Below are positions 10,666 through 24,519 of a DNA stretch of 64,000 nt, piece after piece. The stretch lies in assembly GCA_013239625.1 (NCBI GenBank), contig MU054338.1:1490001-1554000 (forward strand), read 5' to 3'. Under the pieces are notes generated by a model. That model was not told the origin of the DNA and did not search any database. It worked only from the letters and a program-made list of their open reading frames with translations. Position numbers and translations under genes: made by a program. Source of the stretch: Lama guanicoe. Its lineage: Eukaryota. Numbering within the stretch: the stretch's first letter is position 1; each line of letters opens with the position of its first letter.

Positions 10666-12999
10666 AGCACCTGTATGAATTTTAATTATGCAAGTCGTGA
10701 GCTGATGGACGTTCCTGTTTTTTTTAATCTACACGTCTTCATCAGTCTTCCTGGGTATCATCCATGTTTATCCGCGTCACGCTCAATGCTCCCCCACCGC
10801 CACCCCCAGGAGTTTTGACCCCTTTCCCCCCATGCACGTTAAAAAGCTACAAAAACACGAGATAGCATCAGTGCCAATGGTTTTCTCACAAACACCCCTT
10901 CCCATGAGCACCAACAAAAAGCCTGCAGACAGAAAGGGAGAGGGAGGGAAAAAACAGACCAAGCTTATTAAATTTCCGAAAGGCTTGCTGAGTGATTTAT
11001 TTCAAAAAGTTGGGGCAAGAGGGGAGGGATCTGAGCCTGAGGAGCAGGATGGGGGTGGGGGGGCAGGAGAGGCTGCAGCGCAGACAAGAGCTGCCTGTTC
11101 CCTAGACCAGTGCTGGGGCCACGCAGGCAAAGAAGGAGGACCGAACGGCATGGAAAACCATGATCATTTTGGCTTAGTGGCAACAACAAAAAATTATGCA
11201 GAGGTGGGCAAAGAGCTGAGAGTGGGTAGGGGGCGATTTAGGAGCCCAGAGGGCAAGCTGAGGTGAAGCTTGGGGTTTTCCTGAAGCTGACAGTTGACTC
11301 TGCTTGGGAAAAAAGTGACCCTCGGGGCTGTACTGCTCCTTGGAGAGGCTGGACCACAGTTAAGATCAAATCAGCCATTAAAGGCAAGTGAGAAGTTCAC
11401 GGCGGTGCTTGGTGGCCTGCAGGAGAGAATGAGGAGAGGGAGCAGATGGTCACTGAGAATAGTGTGCGGTTCCTGGGAGGGAGAGTGGAAAGCCACACAG
11501 AGAGGGCCTGGCGCCTGGAGTCTTGTGTGTTAGTTATCAGTTGCTGTGTAACAAATGATCACCAAAGTTAGCAGATGAACACCACCATTTATTATGCCAG
11601 TTTCTGTGGGTGGGACTCTGGGAGTGATCTGTCTGGGGGCTCTGACTGAGGGTCCCTCATGAGTCTACAGATGAGACATCAGCCGAGGCTGCCTCTTCTG
11701 AAGGCCCGACAGGGGCAGGGGGTGCGCTTCCTGGGTGTCCCCATCCTGTGTTCCTCCCCGTGGGGCCACCCGCAGCGCTGCCTGAGCCTCCTTCCAGCAG
11801 GGCGGCGGCACCCCGGAGCGGGCGGGCAAGGGGGCGCCTCTGTGCCATTTACAAGCTACGCAGATGTCTCACGCTGGCGCCCGGTACCTGCTCACTAGGA
11901 GTGTGTCGAGCCCAGCCCGTGCCCTAGGGGATGAGGGCTGGGCTCCCCTGAAGAGAAGAGCGGCAAAAAGCCCTGTAAGCTTCCTTTAAAAGCACTGCAC
12001 CCCGCGGCCTTGGGCGCGTCCCCCAGCCCCGGGCATCTCTGCCTCCTCTTCCGCCAGGACACTGCCGGTCTCACGGGGGGCTGTGGCCCTGGGTCGAGGG
12101 CACGCGACCGACGCTCAGTGTGGCGCCCGCCACGCAGACCGGGCCTGCGCTTGTCTTCACTGCAGGCGTTCTTCCCCGTGTATTTCCATCCTCCTGAGAA
12201 ACAACGTCCCAGTTACAGTCATCAGACCGCGCTTCCCTGGACCTGGGAGGTCGGGGTGTAGCGAGAGAGAACCCATTCTCTCCGTGCACGTGGGGCTGGG
12301 TCTGTCTTCTCTCTGCCTCTCTCTGTGCCAGCCGCGTCTCCCAAAGGGAGGCTCCAGGCTCTGCTTCAGCAGAAACCGTCTTGCCTCGCCCTCCCGCGGA
12401 TGCTCCTGGCATGATTCAGGAGAAAAACCAATAAAGCGGGGGATGTGGAGCGGATGGCCTTGAGGGTATGGACAAGTGCAGCAGGCAGAAGCCACAGCAG
12501 GCGCCAAGGCCCTGAGGCAGGACTGTGTCTTGTGTGTTTGAGGAGCAGGGAGGAGGCTGGTGTGGCTGGAGTGGAGGAGGGAAGTGGGGAGAAGTAGGAG
12601 CAGAGGACAGACAGCGAAGAGCAGATGGGACCGGGCCACACGGGGCTTCTGGGGAGACCAGAGTAGACACGGACTTGGCCTGACTCAGGTTTCAGCAGGT
12701 TCCCTGATGCTGCCGTGTTGGTGGATGAGGCCTGGGAGAAGCTCTGCTTAGCCCAGAGTAGAAACGGTGCAGGTGATCCCATCCTACGTGAATCTTGAAG
12801 GAGGTGCTGACAGTGTTTTCAGGCGGACTGGATGGGGGCTCTGAGAAAGGCATCGGGGATGACCCCCCCGGGGGGTGTGGTTGAGTGATCATGAAAGTGG
12901 ACCTTCCATCTGAGACAGGGAAAACCGTGGGAGGAACAGATGTTTTTCGAGGTGAGGAGGCTGTCCATTTGCCGTGTGTTGGATCTGAGAGGTTACCAC

Positions 13000-13495
13000 T
13001 GGATTGTGGTTACCATTCCAATCATCATCTCTTGGTCTCTGTGGGTGGGAGTCTGGCCATGGCTCAGCCAGGTCCTCTGCTCAGGGTCTCACAAGGCTAC
13101 ACTCAAAGAGTGCTGGCTGGGCTGTGTTCTCATCTGAAGGCCAGGCTGGGGAAGGATCCACTTTTCAAATGCATGCAGGTTGCTGGCAGATGGCCAAGGG
13201 CCCAGCTGCTGGGCACCCTCAGCTCCTAGAAGTGCCCGCAGCTCCTCCCCACACAGGCTTCTCCAACATGCCCATCTATTCACCAAGCCCGCTAGGAGGG
13301 TCTTTAGCCCTGGTCTACTAAGACGGGGTCTCTCATGATGTAATTTAATCACGATGGTGCCATCCCATCACCTCCGCCACATCCTGCTGCTAGAAACGCA
13401 TTGCAAATCCCACCCACGCTCAAGGGGAGGAGTCTACACAGGGGTGTGAACACCAGGAGATGGTGGAGGTCATTGGGGGTCACCTTACATCACCC
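13000..13495. mobile_element. MaLR (MLT1-type) LTR remnant
   Basis: ggctcagccaggtcctctgctcagggtctcacaaggct...cccacgctcaaggggagg resembles MLT1; further MLT1-like pieces near 11530-11900, 16360-16960, 17100-17660, 21080-21415, 23670-24160, 25640-25940, 36820-37000, 50250-50640. Confidence 0.6.
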
Positions 13496-13589
13496 AGGAG
13501 AAGGTTCCAGAAGCCAGCTGACCTTGAGTTGGGAATTCAGAAGACGCGTCTGGCCTGGAGCTTGGGGACTCTGGGGATGTTGTTAAAAC

Positions 13590-13882
13590 CACAGATTGTC
13601 ACAGACGTAGAAAACAAATTATGGTTACCAAAGGGGAAGGGGGGAGGGATAAATTAGGAGTCTGGGATTAACAGACACACACTAAGATAAAATAGGTTAA
13701 ACAACAAGGACCTACTGTAGAGCACAGGGACTATATTCAATATCGTGTAACAACCTATAATGGAAAAGAATCTGAAGGAGAATATGTACGTATGCATGTA
13801 TGTATACGTGTAACTGAACCACTTTTCTGTGCACCTGAAACGGACACAACAGCGTAAATCAACAATACTTCAATTTAAAAAT
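13590..13882 (+). mobile_element. L1 3' end fragment (artiodactyl type)
   Basis: cacagacgtagaaaacaaattatggttaccaaagggg...caatacttcaatttaaaa. Confidence 0.8.
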
Positions 13883-14117
13883 TTTAATTTGAAGAAAACC
13901 GTAGACGGGAGGAATCACAGGTACCTGTCTGCAGGTAGTCTGTGAAAATACTTATTTAGTCTTCTTTACGTGGTCTACTTTTTAAATCTAAAAAGTTTTT
14001 TAAAAGGAAAACTTACACTCGCTGATGTGCACAAACAGAAAACAAGAAAGGGGAACTGGAAAACAGAATAACTGGGGAGAAAGCCAAACAGTGCCATTCA
14101 ATCATGACTGTCCTCCA

Positions 14118-14535
14118 GGGCCCAGAGCAAGGTGAGGTCAGCGGGACACTCACCTTGGGCGCGGAGTTTAAGGGGGCGCCCAGCGCCTTGAGATCGAGAG
14201 AAGCGACTGTGCGGTGCAATCCTGGAAGTGCCAAGTGTGCGTGGAGGGACCCTCGGAAAGCAAAATGTTGGCCTTTTCAGCGAAGACTGCACCTGAGAGG
14301 GCTGGGGTGAGGAGAAGACGGTTCAGGCAGGTGCAGGGCTGGGTCCTGTCTTGATGTAAGATGTCTGTATTTGGTTGGTCATGGATTTTATTTTTGCATT
14401 AATTTTGATTTTTTAAAAAGATGTTGCATGAAATACTATTGGTCTTGCGGGTGGAGGGTTTTGGTGCCCCCCTGAGGCCAGGGCCTCGTCACCCCGCCCC
14501 GCTTGGCCTGCCCCCCACCCCAGGCTCTGCCCCTG
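14118..14535. mobile_element. hAT DNA transposon, MER96B-like; second fragment ~42240-42430
   Basis: terminal arms cagggcccagagcaaggtgagg...tttaagggggcgcc and ttttggtgcccccc...ccaggctctg with AT-rich interior. Confidence 0.55.
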
Positions 14536-17359
14536 AGGCGCACTCCCTCTGGAAGCAGACCCTGGCAAGCGCGAGAGACCCTGGCATTGAGGACACATTG
14601 GCCCTAAACCGAGATTCTGTGTGGCACATTGGGAGGCTGGAAACAGACACCGCTCCTGCCTCATTCACTGTAATGGCTCAGTTTATGGGGTCCCCTTGCT
14701 GAACCCTTCCTGGGGAAACCCCCAAATGACTCCAGACCTTCCCTGTCATGTCAAGACAGAGGAGAGGTAGGTTGACCAGGTGTCCCGATTTCCAGGTTAA
14801 AACTGGAGTCCTCGGTGACCTGGGGTGGCTCGCTCCGTATCACCCCGTCACTGCCTAGCTGGGCTGAGAGTCCGGCGAGAGGTGGCGGCGGCATCTGTCA
14901 CGCCGGAGGGGCGGCTGCTGCAGCTGTTCCCGGGCTCAGCTGGAGCCCTCAGCGCTGACCCCTCACGACCCGGCTCTGTGGTCTCGTGCTTGGGCCACAC
15001 ATTCTGCAATCCCTCCCTTTTCCGTCCCTGCGTCTGGGTGCCCACTTCAGACCTTAGGGCTGGCACGGATCCTTCTGGAAGCCTCTCCGGCACATTCCCG
15101 GCAACGGCCGCGGCCCCGCCGGCGGCTCTCCCCCGCTTCGCCGCTGCACAGTCATTGTGCAGGTCTGCCTGGGTGTTCTCAGGTGTCTCTGCAGCTCGGG
15201 CGGTAACCTATCCTCCTGCGCTGCTCTCAGAAAAGCCAGTGATGCCTCGTCCTGTCCCGGGCACTCCCTCCGCCCGAGGTCGCTTCGCGGAGCCAGCAGT
15301 CGCCCCTTCTCTTTTCTCCTATTTCTCTTAATCAGCTATCTTCCCTCCTTCTGCTCTGCCTTTGTATTCCACCCCCGATCTTTGCAGAAAAAAAGAAAAA
15401 TAAAGCCAACTCTAGAAGATATTTTCTCGTTGGAGATTAGGGGTGTGAAGGGTCTTCTTGAACTTGCCACCCCTGTTCCTCTCCCTGAAGTAAGATCCCT
15501 GCCTGCCCGAGCCAGGCTGTCTCCACTGCATCTCAGTGAAGAGGGAGCGAGACATCGAAGGAGGGGTCTGCTTTTTGTTCTACCCAACACCAAGTAATTC
15601 CTTTGAGCTGACTTTTTTTTTTAAACCCTAAGTGGACTTTACATCTTGCTCAGAAGTTGATTTCAATGTACCAATATGGGTGTTTGGGGAAAGCTGTGCT
15701 TCAATCGGACTTTATGACGGAAGACAGACAATTCACTGACGGTCAGTGCAGCCTTCAGCGTTTGTGCCTCAGCATTGGAAGGAAGGTAAAGCAACCCAGG
15801 GACGTTGCTACTTGGAAGGTTTGGATCAACTTTTTGCAAAGCTGATAGCACGCTCCCATTTCTGCTTTGGTAAGTGTCAGCTTTCCACTCAAACAAGAAG
15901 TGCCTTTCCTGCACCCACTGTTTGCCAAGACTTTGCAGGGAGATGAGAGGAAGCGGCAGGTGCAGAAGAACCAGGTCTGTCCTTGAGTTGATGAGGGTCT
16001 GGAAGTTTCTTAAACCGGGTGCATCTATGTGGTACTTCATAAATCACTTCCCCAACCGCCTTCATGGTGTCACTGTTTCTACTTGTGAAGTTATTGTAGC
16101 AGCACCGAACGTTCCTGTTTCCTGTACCCACAGTCACAGGGCGCCATTTTCCGCTCCCAGCGCCAGAGCACGAGGGCTCTGATTTCCCCACGTCCTCGCC
16201 AACATTGGCTACTTTCTGTTTTTGATGGTAGCCGTCCTGGTGGGTGTGAACCTCTCTAACGCTTTTCCTGCAGGGCCGACTGCAAGATCAGAGGTCACGG
16301 TCTCCATGCAGGACCGCCCCCACTTCTGACCCCAGTTGCGAGTTCAGGGAGGTTCTGTGTGAACCATGTCCTCCACCAAGCTCGTCTGTTGGGGTCCTGA
16401 CCCCCAGCACCTCAGAAGGCCTCTATTTGGAAACAGGATCTTTGTGGCTGTAACTGAGTTTAAATGAGGTCATTTTAGAGCTTTTATTCTGTTCCTGTGA
16501 CCTCAGTGTTTATTCGCGCTTTCATATTAAAACGTGCTAATTACTTTACCCTGGATAGGTTTTTATTTTTCCAGTAGTATTTTGGATCTGTTAGTTCTAA
16601 AAAATACCTTGTTTTTTATGAGTGTATTAAATATTTATTATTGAAAAATCCAAAAAGAAAATTTAAACGGGTTCATTCGTGTGGGCCCTAAACCAGTGCA
16701 ACGGGGGTCTTTACTGAAAGGGCACATTTGGACCCAGACACTCACGGGGAGAATGGGATGTGACGATCGGGGCAGAGACCGGATGACATCAAAGATGGCC
16801 GGTGGCCCCCAGGAGCCAGGAGAGGGCCGGGGCAGACCCCTCACGGCCCCGGGGGCCTTGCCCGGTCGACCCCTGACCTCTGGCCTCAGGCCTAGAACTG
16901 GGAGGCAGCCAACGCCCGTTGTTTAAGGGGCCCGCCGCGCTGGCTGCCCCAGGGAGCTAACGCCCCTGGCATCTGACAACTTGCTGGAAAGACTCAGAAG
17001 CCACGAGGAGCTGTCAGCGCCCAGGTACAAGATGAGCAGTAACAGGGAGAGGAATTGAGATGATGGGCTGAGAGCAGCCGAAGGGACGGACTCCCAGGCG
17101 GAGCCCAGCTGTCTGAGTCCCTTCGGGGGACTGACTAGCGGCTGATAGACAGCAGACATCTATTTGTCACAGTTCTGGGGGCTGGAAACCCAGGTCAAGG
17201 CACTGACAGGCCCATGTCGGAGGAGGGCTTCGCCTCCTGGTTGCAGACAGCTGCTGCCTTGCTGCGTCCTCACGTGCTGGGCGGGCCCCGGGAGCTCTCT
17301 GGGGTCTGAGGGCTCTCTCTCTTTTAACAAATTTATTGAAATGATTTCTCTTTCAGTAT

Positions 17360-17482
17360 TTTTTGGGGGTGATTAGGTATTTATTTACTTGTGTATTTAT
17401 GTATTTATTTATTTTAATTGAGGTCCTGGGGATTGAACCTCGTGCATGCTAAGCACGCGCTCGATCTCCGAGCTGTACCCTC
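17360..17482 (-). mobile_element. vic-1-type SINE inserted in an MLT1 element
   Basis: ggggattgaacctcgtgcatgctaagcacgcgctc...gagctgtaccctc. Confidence 0.8.
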
Positions 17483-18299
17483 TGCACCTGGCGTCTCTTT
17501 GTAAGGGCACTGATCCCATTCCTGGGAGCCCCATCCTCATGACCTAATCGCCCCAAAGGCCCCCACCTCCTCATACCATCACATGGCAGGGTTAGGGTTT
17601 CACTATATGCATTTGGAGGGGACGCAAACTGATCCACAGAACCAGGAGAACCAGCAAACATGGAGTTCTGTTGTCCCCTCCCCGTGCAGTCAGGGCGCGT
17701 TATGCTCCTGGCGTTGACGAAGGACAGCACGCACGCGGTACTGCCAGTCAGGGCAGCTCCCCACGCTTCAGGGCGTGCGCTTTCCCTTCGCACGGCTGAT
17801 TCGCGGACTGACTCTTTGATTGCCCACGTGGTTGACCTCCGCCTTCCAGAGATCTCTTCCGAGAACCAGAGGCAAAGGCCAAAGTTCCGACCACACATCC
17901 CCAGGAAGAGATGTCTCCGCCTCCTTGAGTCCCCGCCCCTTCCCCGTCCTGATGGGTTTGCCTTCTCAGATGCTTCTTAAGGAAGGACTGAGAGGCAAGA
18001 AAGCAGGCGTGATGGCCATGAGTTCTCCTGGGCCGTTGGTGCACTGATGGGGTTTACTTGGGGCAGAAAAACCTGAAAAGTGGACTCCTCTCCCGGGGAT
18101 GCCAGGATCCCAGCAGGGGACCTCCGTGCAGGGAATGCCGTTGTGCCTGGCGGGGCAGAGGCTGCTTCCCACAGAGGGTCAAGTCCCCAGTGACTGCGGC
18201 ACTGAAATCAGCACCTGGCCGCCGGCCGACTTGATGTAACGGTAGCGGTGCTGACCGTGCCTCCAGCCGTAAGGTCTGCTTTGACTGCATCCAGCATTT

Positions 18300-20000
18300 T
18301 GACCTGAAGCACATTCACTGTCACTCAGTTCTAAATATTTTATTAATTTAGCTCTAGTTTCTTCTTGGAATTATTAATTCACTGGAAGTGATTTTAGATT
18401 TTCGTTTATGATTTTCTTGTTATTCCTAGCAACTGGATGTGATAGTAGGGTGGCGAGAGAAGTGGTCTGACGTAGACTTTCTGGGGTTTGTTGAGATTCC
18501 CTTTGTGGCTACATCGATAATTTTTGTAAATACTCCATGTGTGCCTGAGAAAGTATGTTTATTCTCTAATGCCAGGAATACGTAGGTCCATTAAACAAAC
18601 TGGTCCAGTGTCAGATTTCGCTATTTGGTACATGTGAGTTTAGAATTTTTCTCTCTCTCATACTGTGTTTTTGCTGTTTACAAGAGACCACTTAAAATAC
18701 CTGACGGCTTAAAAAATGTCTAACTGACAAATTCTGCCTTCTTCCTTGTAACTTCAGTACGTTTACATTTTTCTTTCTCTTTTTCTTCTTCCTCCCCTTT
18801 TCCTGCTTCTGTATTTTTTTTCACTCTACTTTTGGGAAATAAGCCATTTTAGTTCTATTATTAAAGTTACACTTAAAATGTTATCATGCACACTTCACTT
18901 AACAAAGTCTGGAATTTTTTCCCTGAACCTTAGCATCTTTTGACTGTCATCAACCCGTCCATCTTGTGTATTAGTTCAGCCTTGGTTTTTGTACGCCCCA
19001 AGTTGGCCATTATTTTTTGTACCTCGTGCTTCTTAGATGTTCCCACATGTCTACCAGTTTCTAGTCTCATGGTGATTCTCGTTTTTCACATCTTTCCTCT
19101 GAATTCAGTTTTATTCTTCCCCAGATACATCCTTAGTAGCTTTTTCAGTGAAGGTCTGTTAGTGGTCAGGCTTCTCAGTCTCTTCCTGGAAACGACTATA
19201 TTTCATTCTCTGCCTTGACGAAGTGGGTTTAAGGGTGTAATTGTTGATTAATGTATTTCCTTTCAGCAATTTGAAGGCATTGTTCCCTCACTTTTGGTTT
19301 CTCTTGTTTCTGATGAGAAATCCGCTCTCACTCTTCCTCACCCTTCCTTTGTAGACAATCCGTCTTTTCTTTCCGGTTACTTCTATAATCTTTTCTTTGT
19401 TTTTATTCTGTGGGTCATGGTGCTTTTCAAATCTGAGTGTGCATATCTTTCAACAACTATAGAAAATTCTCAGTTAGTCTCTCTGATAATATCGCCTCTC
19501 CTTTGTCTAGTCTCTCCTTCTGGAGCCCCATGTGAGGTCCATGACGGCGCCCTCCACTCTTTCTGGGCCCCGTGGCTGTTACCCTCTGCCATGGGGTCTC
19601 CATCTTTACTTCTCTTCTCGCATTCTGGGGAACAGATCTGCCTTCGGAGTCATTTATTCTTTACTGACCTGTATCTGTTTTTTATCCCCTCTACTGAGAA
19701 CTTAATCCTAATGACTATAGTTTTCACTGCTAGACCTTCTGCTTTTGTTTTAAGTTTTACCTATTTTTTTTTGTGATATCATTTGTCGTATTTTCAATTA
19801 TTTTATGTCTGAAGGGATTTTAAGCATACTTGTTTTATAATCTTGGATGGTTTCATTTCCTGAACATCTTCAGTGTCTAGTACTGCCTTTTTGTGTCTGC
19901 TGCTCTTGCTGATGGTGGTTTTTCCCCTAGTGTGTTTTGTAATTTCGGATTGTGAACCCATCCTGTGCATGCTTTTATCCATGGGAATCCTGCAGAAGCT
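18300..20000 (-). mobile_element. old degraded L1 (L1M-type) fragments
   Basis: T-rich antisense L1 character, e.g. tgtttctgatgagaaatccgct. Confidence 0.5.
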
Positions 20001-20521
20001 GGCATGAGTGTGTGTCTCTCTTGAAAGGTTTTGTTTTACTTTGTTTTTCTACACTTCACCCATTGGATTTGACTTCTTACAAGTAGAGGAGTCACTGGGT
20101 TTTCCTGGTGAAAGTTCACTGTGACTCTTGTGTGGATAATGGAGTGGAGGGTCTAAGTTGTTGCAATAATTCAGATTCGAGGTGGTGGCGACTTGTGCTA
20201 GGCAAGTGTGGATAAAAACAAATGATGGATCCTGACCAAGAGTCAGCACACTATACCCACAGGATAACTCCAGCCCATTGCCTGCTTTTGTAAAGAACAT
20301 TTTATGGAAACATAGCAATACCCATTTTTTCACATGTGCCCAGAGCTGCTTTCATAATGTCAATAGCAGGGTTGAATACTTACAACATAGACTGTGGGAC
20401 TACAAAGATGAAAATATTTATTCTGTGGGCCTTTGCGGGAAAAGTTTAGTGACCTCTGTTGTAGAGAAATTCAGGATATAGAATCTGCAGGACTTGGTGA
20501 CGAGGCTTGATGGGAGTAAGT

Positions 20522-20822
20522 ACAGTCGTCCCTCAGTATCCCAGGGGGATTGGTTCTAGAATCCCCCACAGATACTAAACCCCACAGATGCTCAAGTCCC
20601 TTATATAAAATGACTTAGTATTTGCATATAATCTACACACATCATCCCATATACTTTAAATCATCTCTGGATGACTTAATGTCAGTGTAACATGGCATAA
20701 GTGCTATGTGAGTAGTTGGTTGGCATGTGGAAATTTCAAGTTTTGCTTTGGGGAACTTTCTGGGATTTTTTTCCTGAATATTTTCTATCAGCTGTTGGTT
20801 AAAGTTGTGGAGGGTCAACTGC
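20522..20822. mobile_element. MER2-like TcMar-Tigger DNA transposon
   Basis: cagtcgtccctcagtatcc...ggattggttc...gagggtcaactg terminal inverted repeats. Confidence 0.75.
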
Positions 20823-22409
20823 ATGTGAGAACTCAGGGCTTGGGCACCTGTGAATGAGAGAAGTTTTGGAGAAAGAAAATTCATTTCATTTTGGACAGAT
20901 TATGTTTAGATGTTGCCTACGGGGTGACAACTGTCCCTGTTTGCCAGGAATTGAGGAGTTTCCTGAGATGTGGGATTTTTGTGGCTAAAACAGAGAAAGC
21001 CCCATGAAAACTGAGACAGTTGGTCACTGTAGGTGTTGGCAGGATATCGAGAGAGAGAGTCAAGATGGGAGTTGGAAATGCTTTCTAAATTTGCTTGAAA
21101 CTGAACAGCTCTCCAGTGCTGAGAGCAGCCACTGGCCGACAGCCAACGAGGAAATGGGACCTCAGCACTACAACCACAAGTAAGAAAATTCCACCAGCAA
21201 CAGGGAGCTTGGAAGTGGATCCCTCTCCAGTTGAGACTCTGGATGAGAATGCAGCCCCGCTAACACCTTGCTCGCAACCAAGTGAGACTCTGAGCAGAGG
21301 ACCTCACTAAAACATGTCAGAATCCTGACCCACAGAAACTGCGAAAAAATGAATGTCTGTTGTTTTAAGCAACGGCACCTGTGGTGATTTGTTACGCAGC
21401 AGTAGCTGACTGACACACTTCCTCTGTGATGGCCTTTACTTACTCTCTCCTGCTGCAGAGCTTTTACATAATTTGTTCTTACTGTGTGGACATCTGTTGC
21501 TTCCACTGGCCACTTAGTGGATTCCTGTTTATCCTTCAGAACTCAGACAACTCGCCCCTCTGTCAGGGAGCCCCCCTGGCCCCTAATCTAGCTCAAAGCT
21601 TCCTTTTCACAGAGACTCAAAGCCCCATGTCTGTATCTCTATTTCCAGCCTTTATTGTAGCTGCAATTTTAATTTGCTTGGGTCTCTGTCACTAAGATTT
21701 ATGCTCTATGAGCTGAGAATCACATCTGTCTCATTCAGGGCTGGGTACCCAGCACAGAGCAGCCAGGCCTGGCCCGTCATAAATATCAGGTTGATAGAAA
21801 CTGAATGAATGGTGCTTCTATATTCGACGCTAAATAGCAGTAGGGCCCCTTCTGTGCTCGAATGATGGTGATGACAAGACAATTTAGAGAACACAGGAAT
21901 CCTTAGAAAACCCGCAGGGTCGGGGGTGGCAGGGGCATCTGGGGTTGAATGAACTTAGTGTGTGTGTTTGTAGGAGGGGGAATGTCAGTGAGCTCATACA
22001 CTAAATTTGAGTTTCCAGCCCTAATCACAGAAGTGAATCTTGGTGTCTTTGTCCCTAAAACATTTCATCAAGTGATTCTTAGAGGTTTTCTGGCTCCTCG
22101 GAAGGCAATTCAGCTCAAGTGTAAGAATAAAGGGGTGAGTGTTGTGCGGCCTCACTCCCCGCCACCCCAGCACAGCTCCTCTTTCCCACCGGCTCTGGTT
22201 GGTGGCTGTGAGGTGCAGGGTGGCTTTTCCCAGCAGGGACATATTACCTTGAAAGGATGAGGCATTCTGGCTGGGCCCTATCACGGGGTTCCAGATTTAA
22301 CAATAAACATATAGCACACTCAGATAAATTTGAATTTCAGACGAATAACAAATATCTTTTTTTTCCCATACAATTATGTCCCAAATTTTGCACAAGACAC
22401 ATTAGGGAC

Positions 22410-22802
22410 TGTAGGAATCAGATTTCTCCAGAGAAATAGAACCAATAGAATGGAGAGAGACAGACAGACAGACAGAGACAGAGGTTTTAAGGAATTGACT
22501 CACAATTGTGGGAGCTGACAAATCTGAAACCTGCAACTCAGGCTGGAGACCCAGGGAAAAGTTGATGTTGCCACTCGAGTCCAGAGGCCATCTGGAGGCA
22601 GAATTCTCTCTTCTTTGGAGGGACTGTGGTCTTTTCTCTTAAGGCATTCAACTGATTAGATGTGGCCCACCCACACTACAGAGGCTTATTTGCTTTACTC
22701 AACATCAACTAATTTAAATGTTAGTTACATTTCCACGGCAACATCTAGAATAATGTTTCTACCACCATGACCAACCCCATGGACACAAAATCAACCATCA
22801 CA
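22410..22802. mobile_element. MLT2-type (ERVL) solo LTR
   Basis: ttctccagagaaatagaaccaatag...aaaatcaaccatcaca. Confidence 0.65.
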
Positions 22803-24519
22803 GGGTCGTTTTGTCTTGTTTACCTGAAGTTGAAGTTTCCTGTCCTTTATCTGATATCCAGACCAGCTGCTCATCTGTCCCAACCTCAAAAAACAGCCCC
22901 ACTGCCTCCAGAGAAGCACTTTACCAAGTGGGCACCTTCATGGACCTCTGTCAGGGGAATAGAATGGGATTGCTCCCCAACTTCTTTCTCAGATGTTCTA
23001 ATGGGGAAGAGCATGTCAGAGGCCAGGTGTGAATCATTCTCCACCCACATGGTGGAGGCAGCATCCTGGCGAAGCAGAGGCAGAGGGGAGGTAATGAGAT
23101 CCACCTCTGCATAGACCGAAGGTGATTCATCCCCCTCCGCAGAAAAAGCTTCTCTGCAGGCTGCAGACATGCTGGCTTTGGAACGGTCTGTTCAGGTCCC
23201 ATGAATGTGAGGGAATTACCTGGTCGGGGCGCTGGGTACAACTTAACACATTCAAGCCTCTTGTGGTTGCAAGTGGCAGAAACTAACTGCCTTAAGTGGA
23301 TTTGTTGGCTCTTGACACGGAGACATTTCAGAGGCAAAAGTGTCAGAGTTCAGCCTGTCACCACCTCTCAGCTCTGCTCTCTTGGAGCTGAGGTCCTGGA
23401 CTCGGGAGAGGAGGCAAAAATCAACCGGATGGCAGGCATTGCATTCTACCCATTTGACAGAGGAAGACACTAGAGGCCAAAGAAGTTAAGTCACATGGAT
23501 CGTTTACCCTGAATCCTTCCTAATAAGAGATTTTTAAAAAATGGCATTAGCTGTTATAATGGAGAATCAGCCTAATGCTCACATTTTGCAGACTTATAAA
23601 AATGAAGCCAACAGTTGATGTTTAAATAGCATTTGATGGGTGAAGTGGTGTTCTGTTCACTTTCTAAGCTGCAAAACATTATCAGCACATGCTGGGTGGC
23701 TTAAATCAAAGCACACCTATGACCTCTCAGTGTCTGTGGGTCAGGAGCCTGGGCACAGCTTTGCTGGGTCTGCAGGTTCTCCGACAAGACGACAGTCAAG
23801 GTGTCACCCAAGTCTGCCATCTCATCTGGAGTCTCAGCTGGAGAAGGATCCACTTCCCAGCCCACAAGGTTGTGGGGAGAACTTAGTTCCTTGCGGTTGC
23901 AGGACTGAGGGCCTCAGCATCTTGCTGGCTGTCGGTCAGAGGTCAGCCTCAGCTCTGTATGTGGAGCTCCCCAACAGGACCGTTGGTCCGCGCTAGTGGC
24001 TCCCAACAAGATGGGCCTTCTTATCTGATGTAATGTAGCCCTGCACAGGTAATCACTTTGCCCTAAGCTCTCCATCAGGAGCGAGCTGCAGGCTCGCTCA
24101 CACATGGGGGAGGCGGGGAGAGGGGTGCCCATGGAGGCAGGCTGTGGCCGCCATCTTGGATCCTGTCTGGTTCCACCTCTCGGGTTGTGCCCACCTTACC
24201 GCGCTGCACCGTTTTGTGGGCCACCCTGGGCTGAGTCCACTGTGCCAAAGAGAGTGAGCCAACAGCAGAAGAAGAGGCCACTTTGCCAGCAGCTGCATTT
24301 TGATGTCCGGTCAGACACTGGCGTTCATATTTGTAAATCCTGCTTCTCATCAAAGTGTTCCTGATAACTTACCAGCTGGGAATGGCCTTGTGCAAAGATG
24401 GGCAAATATTTCTGAAGCGCCAGAGAGTAACTATGCTCAGCTTTGCAGGCCAGCTCTGTCTCTGTCTTGATTGCCCAACTCCACCGCTGCATCGCGAAGG
24501 CAGCCAGAGATAGTACGTG

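Noticed and set aside
15737..15739. In-frame TGA of the orphan exon as selenocysteine
   Set aside because: No host gene, redox motif or SECIS identifiable; nonsense decay or chance is simpler.
18940..19776. Hydrophobic ORFs resembling membrane proteins
   Set aside because: Translation of T-rich antisense degraded L1.
24147..24158. Strong YY1 motif gccgccatcttg
   Set aside because: Falls at the end of an MLT1-like LTR remnant where similar sequence is expected; no other promoter evidence.
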